Assembly (NCBI GenBank): GCA_040954595.2
Contig: CM082586.2
Span: 1,183,124 to 1,247,123 of the forward strand
Direction of reading: 5' to 3'
Length of the DNA stretch: 64,000 nucleotides
Origin: Balanoglossus misakiensis
Taxonomy: Eukaryota > Animalia > Hemichordata
The notes beneath the pieces are model-generated. The model saw only the letters and a list, made by a program, of their open reading frames with translations. It did no database searches and had not been told where the DNA came from. Positions 59,701 to 64,000 of this stretch are shown here, one piece after another; the stretch's first letter is position 1; each line of letters opens with the position of its first letter. Made by a program: the position numbers and the translations under genes.

Positions 59701-62700
59701 GATCACAGCATTAATTTCTAACATGAAAAGTCCATTTGAGGTTTAACCTCATTGAACAAAAAAATCCGATGGGTGAAATTTCTGAGAACTGGCAAAACTC
59801 GATAAACGGTGAAGAACATTTAGTCTTTTACATTTCATGGAAATGGAAGTGTAATATATGATCAATGTGAAGTATTAATACAATCAATTTCAAATATTTG
59901 GAAATTCTATCAGTGAACAGATACAATGTAAGCAGGCCTGATAGCTTCCCTTTCAACACTGATGAAAATCATTTTCTGAGCAGACTACTGACTTGAAACT
60001 GCAGAAACAGACACAATTTTATCTGCATCACTCACATCAAACATTTATCTACATTTTAAAACTTTTTACTCCAGAAGCAATCTACATGATACACCTATCG
60101 GTAAAATTGTCCGATGATAATCATGCTGAAATTTCACAGTGCTATCCTCTGATTATACACTTACAATTTTTCATCCACCAGAAATTAAAATTTTCACAAT
60201 AATAAATTGAATATATAGAGCCGACATTAATGTTTTGTGTGTTGATAGAATGAAAGTAATAAAATGTATGTAGCTTACCAAGTAATAACTGGAGTCACAA
60301 TTCTGCTGTTCAGTGGATTCAAACGCTGAGAATGTTTCGCTTGTGTATGCACGTTTAACCGTCATGTAAAAGTGTCATGGATGTTATGAATGGGAAACAG
60401 TCCAGAACCGCTTATATACAACAGACCGCTCAGTAATCCAGCATAATTTATTCATCACATTCACGACATCACAACGTCCACCCACGTCATAACCCCCATA
60501 TAAGGATTTCATTTGAATATTTTATAATGTCATGCATCTCATTAACCATATAAGGGGAAATGTGCTGTATGCGTGACTTCGGAATTACTGCGGCTCTCAG
60601 AACATCAACCTACAATCCTGAAATGTTAGATTTTTTCTCTGTCCTCATTCCGCATTACATTTGACCTTTATTACTCCTTGAAAAATGTAAATTTTTCATT
60701 GAGATCACGCACACAAAAGACCACAGTTGTAATTTCATGATTGTATCGAATTCTGAATCTAGGCACCCACCAGCGAGAGCGCTGGAAGCTTTGAAGACTT
60801 TGACTCCGCATCATCCAAAGCTGGAGCTCAGATTCAATAATTTAAAATATTGTCAACACGAAAAAACGTTCGTTCTTTGACTGTATGCTCACAATCCATA
60901 AGCTATTTTTTTCCTTCAAACAAGAGGACATGGTATCAAAGGTTAATTTAATTAAATTTCCTTCTGGTAGCTAAGTAGATGTTTGCAAGTAATCTGAAAA
61001 CAAGAGATATTTCATTCAAATTTGTCATTCAGCTCAAGCTAGCAGTTGATATGATAGTTGATGCTACCAATTTCTGACAAAATTAAATTACATGAAATTT
61101 TCTGAACGCAAAAGACAGACTATCAGTTGCAGTTTGTTCTGTGATATCTCATCGAGCACAGCATGTCCTTGACAAGTACATGTGTAAATAAAATCTTCCC
61201 TCATGAGCTTAAACCAAAATCATCCATCAGCAAGCTCGGCACAAACAGAAAATATTGCTTTGGGTTACAGTGGTTGACAAAAAGGGAAAAATCTGACAGG
61301 CACACAGATATTTTTTGAATAGAGGATGAAGATGTGACTACTGAAACTCTTCTTTTCCGTCGGCAATCTCTCCAAAACGACATCAAAGGAAACCAATATA
61401 TTGCACTCTACACGAAGATTACCCACAACTGCAGACTTGAAGGTCATCTATGATGTATCTCTGAGATTGCTTAACTATCAATGTTCATGTTGTTAGTTCT
61501 TGTTTCTTTGTTCTATACAAAATCTAGTTGTGTTACATTCTTTGCAAGCGAAAAAGAGATTACCCTCATCACTAAATATAAAACACAGAAAATATGAGTT
61601 CAATTAATCTCTCATACCAATTTTTTTTTATAGTGACCAGAATACCTTATTTTTTCTAATACATGTTTAATCAAAGACAAGTTTCCTGGTTTGTAAGGAA
61701 ATCCTTGTTTTTAAACAAACACCCTGTTATTTTTAAGCTTCCTGCTACTAAAATGTAGCTGCAAAGTTCATTTAAACGTGCAACGATATCAAACTACAGT
61801 TCCCTGGCAGAGAAATAAAAAAGTCAGTTCCAAGAAGGGAAATCAGACAGTACCCATATTTGGTTTTCAGCGTTTGTTGTGAGTGTTGAGTCATACAAAT
61901 CTACTATCTCCTATTACATAGCCATAAGCTGTTGGCAGAATATATGAATAATTTTGTTCACCCCTACACCATGTACTATATGAGGGTCCCTATCCACACA
62001 AAAGATACTGGGTGGGTATATAATGATATGCAAGATCAAATTAACACATGCTAAATATATTATAGGTTAATTACACTGCATACTGGTTGCATTTACATAT
62101 TTTGGGTGTTATGCTATATGCATCTCTCTCATATCACGAAGTATACTGGAATTCCAACTTCAGTTATTGGAAGCTTAAAAGAACGAACAACCCCAACGTC
62201 ATTTAATCTAAAACTTCATTTCAGATGAAGCCACAAAAAAATTCATCTTGATCATCCTCAGTCCTGTTTACATCAGATTTTTCTCTGTGACATTCCTCTG
62301 ACAGAAAGAAAAAAATTGACATCAACGAACAGAAAACACACAAACTAATCAATTATTTCATGTTATGTCACTGAATCCAAGTGATGGATGTTCTTTGTGG
62401 CAATTGGATATTGCATTTCCTCCAAACCACTGGCCTGTGCCCACGTGAGCCTTGCTATAATATAGCATAGTTGTTCAGGACCCCCAATTTTACTCTTGAC
62501 GTCATTTCCTGATGTTGCAAATGAATTGGGCAGGTGCTCCGACTGATCTCATTGAGGAAATGCAGTCCTGAGGACATGAATGGCGTAATCTTACTCTTCT
62601 AGTTTTACCGAGACATAACTACCGACGATTTATAATCACGCTCATCATCAAAAGTCAGGAGCCGAGTTCAGCCATGAGTTTCATACTCATTTTAGTTAAC

Positions 62701-64000
62701 TTAAAATTTATGTTGTCTGCAATCACATTATGCCAGAGTAGAACTACTGGGTTTCACATCATGATCAAGTTAAAACTCAAAGCATAACTCAACAGAGTAG
62801 GATAACAGGTTTTTTATCTGCAAACAGTGATTTAAAAAACATGATCATAACAGCATTAAAACCTAACTTTTCAGAGATACATTTGATGAAAAACTAGAAT
62901 CAAGGTTGTGATATCATGGCTTCCTGTTTTTGCACTCGAATTCCATTTCTGAAGTTGACATTGAGATTTTTGTATAATTGCATTCTGTAGTACACTGCAG
63001 CTGAAGCTTGTTAAATGCTGGGTGTTCAGATGTCTATACGATCAATGCCCGAGGTCTTTAACACTGAGAACGTCCATTCATAGCAATTACAGAAGGATCC
63101 TACAACACCGCACACATTTCCTGTTTTTTAGAAGTTTGGACTCCAACATTTTTTTATTGAAGAAGTAATTAGTTTGATGTTTTTTCCTGCAGCAATAGAG
63201 TTGCCAGCTAGTGCTGGGGCAACCGTACTGAGCCATTTCAATATGAGACTCAAGGCAGAGTTCATATACATCTGGGTCTACAACAAAGATGCAGTTCATG
63301 AAATCTGGGTTGCAAAAGTATGAAATTGCAAAATCACAAATGTAGTCGAGTATGACTATCTCTGATGAAGATCTGATGCTCAAAGTATCTACTTAAATGT
63401 AATGGGGGATTTATACAATCTCTTTATTCTATCAAAGAAATTATTGGAGCACTTAGATTTATTGAAAGTTGTCTCTTAACAAGCAGTGTATATACCAGAG
63501 GACGGTTGGGAATAATAAAAATGATTTCTCCACAACATTACATATACTTATACATATAATACTCTATGCATGCTGCTCACACAAAAAACATAGAACTTAG
63601 ACTGCTCTTTGGTTGTTGGTAATGCTGTTTGTTGGTGCGAACACATGTCATATGCTCACAACCATGACTTTGTTAATGGAAGCACTAACTGCAAGCTTTA
63701 ATTGCATTTCCTTAGATATTGCACGACACAGAGAGAATGGACGGCTACAAAATAATCCATCATTGCTGAGAGACGCTTGAAAATTCACACATCCGTGACC
63801 GATTAGAAATTGGATCACACCGCTGATTTCTCTGGCGTTGTTGTTTTTTCTTTTGGAATTACGATTATTGACACATGAAAGTGTGTTAACAGCGCGATGA
63901 TTCCAAGAAACAGCGATGCATTGATAGTGTCCATCTGATAATCATCGGAAGCTCGCGTTTCATCAATGTTCACATCTGCAACGCGGGTTCTATGAATTCC

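Noticed and set aside
56791-64000. Short ORFs in the RIMS intron, and antisense ORFs over real genes elsewhere
   Set aside because: No recognisable domains; expected background or shadow ORFs.

Overview
Animal genomic DNA, probably a marine invertebrate deuterostome (inferred from intron style and gene content; not determined). In order: an ~8.5 kb array of an 87-bp satellite at the window start; two tandem 4-exon UDP-glycosyltransferase genes (+), both lacking the usual catalytic His/Asp; a BTB-zinc-finger gene (-); an intact ~6.38 kb tyrosine-recombinase retrotransposon (PAT-like DIRS, split direct repeats, -); a second BTB-zinc-finger gene (-); a 15-exon GCLC gene (+); and the 3' part of a RIMS/unc-10 gene (-), plus several MITEs. 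The most striking feature is the retrotransposon's expression layout. One 63-codon leader exon ends in a phase-0 GT donor. Gag, RT-RNaseH-methyltransferase and tyrosine recombinase each start at their own phase-0 AG acceptor and are each followed by their own AATAAA and U-rich tract, so they look like three alternative terminal exons.
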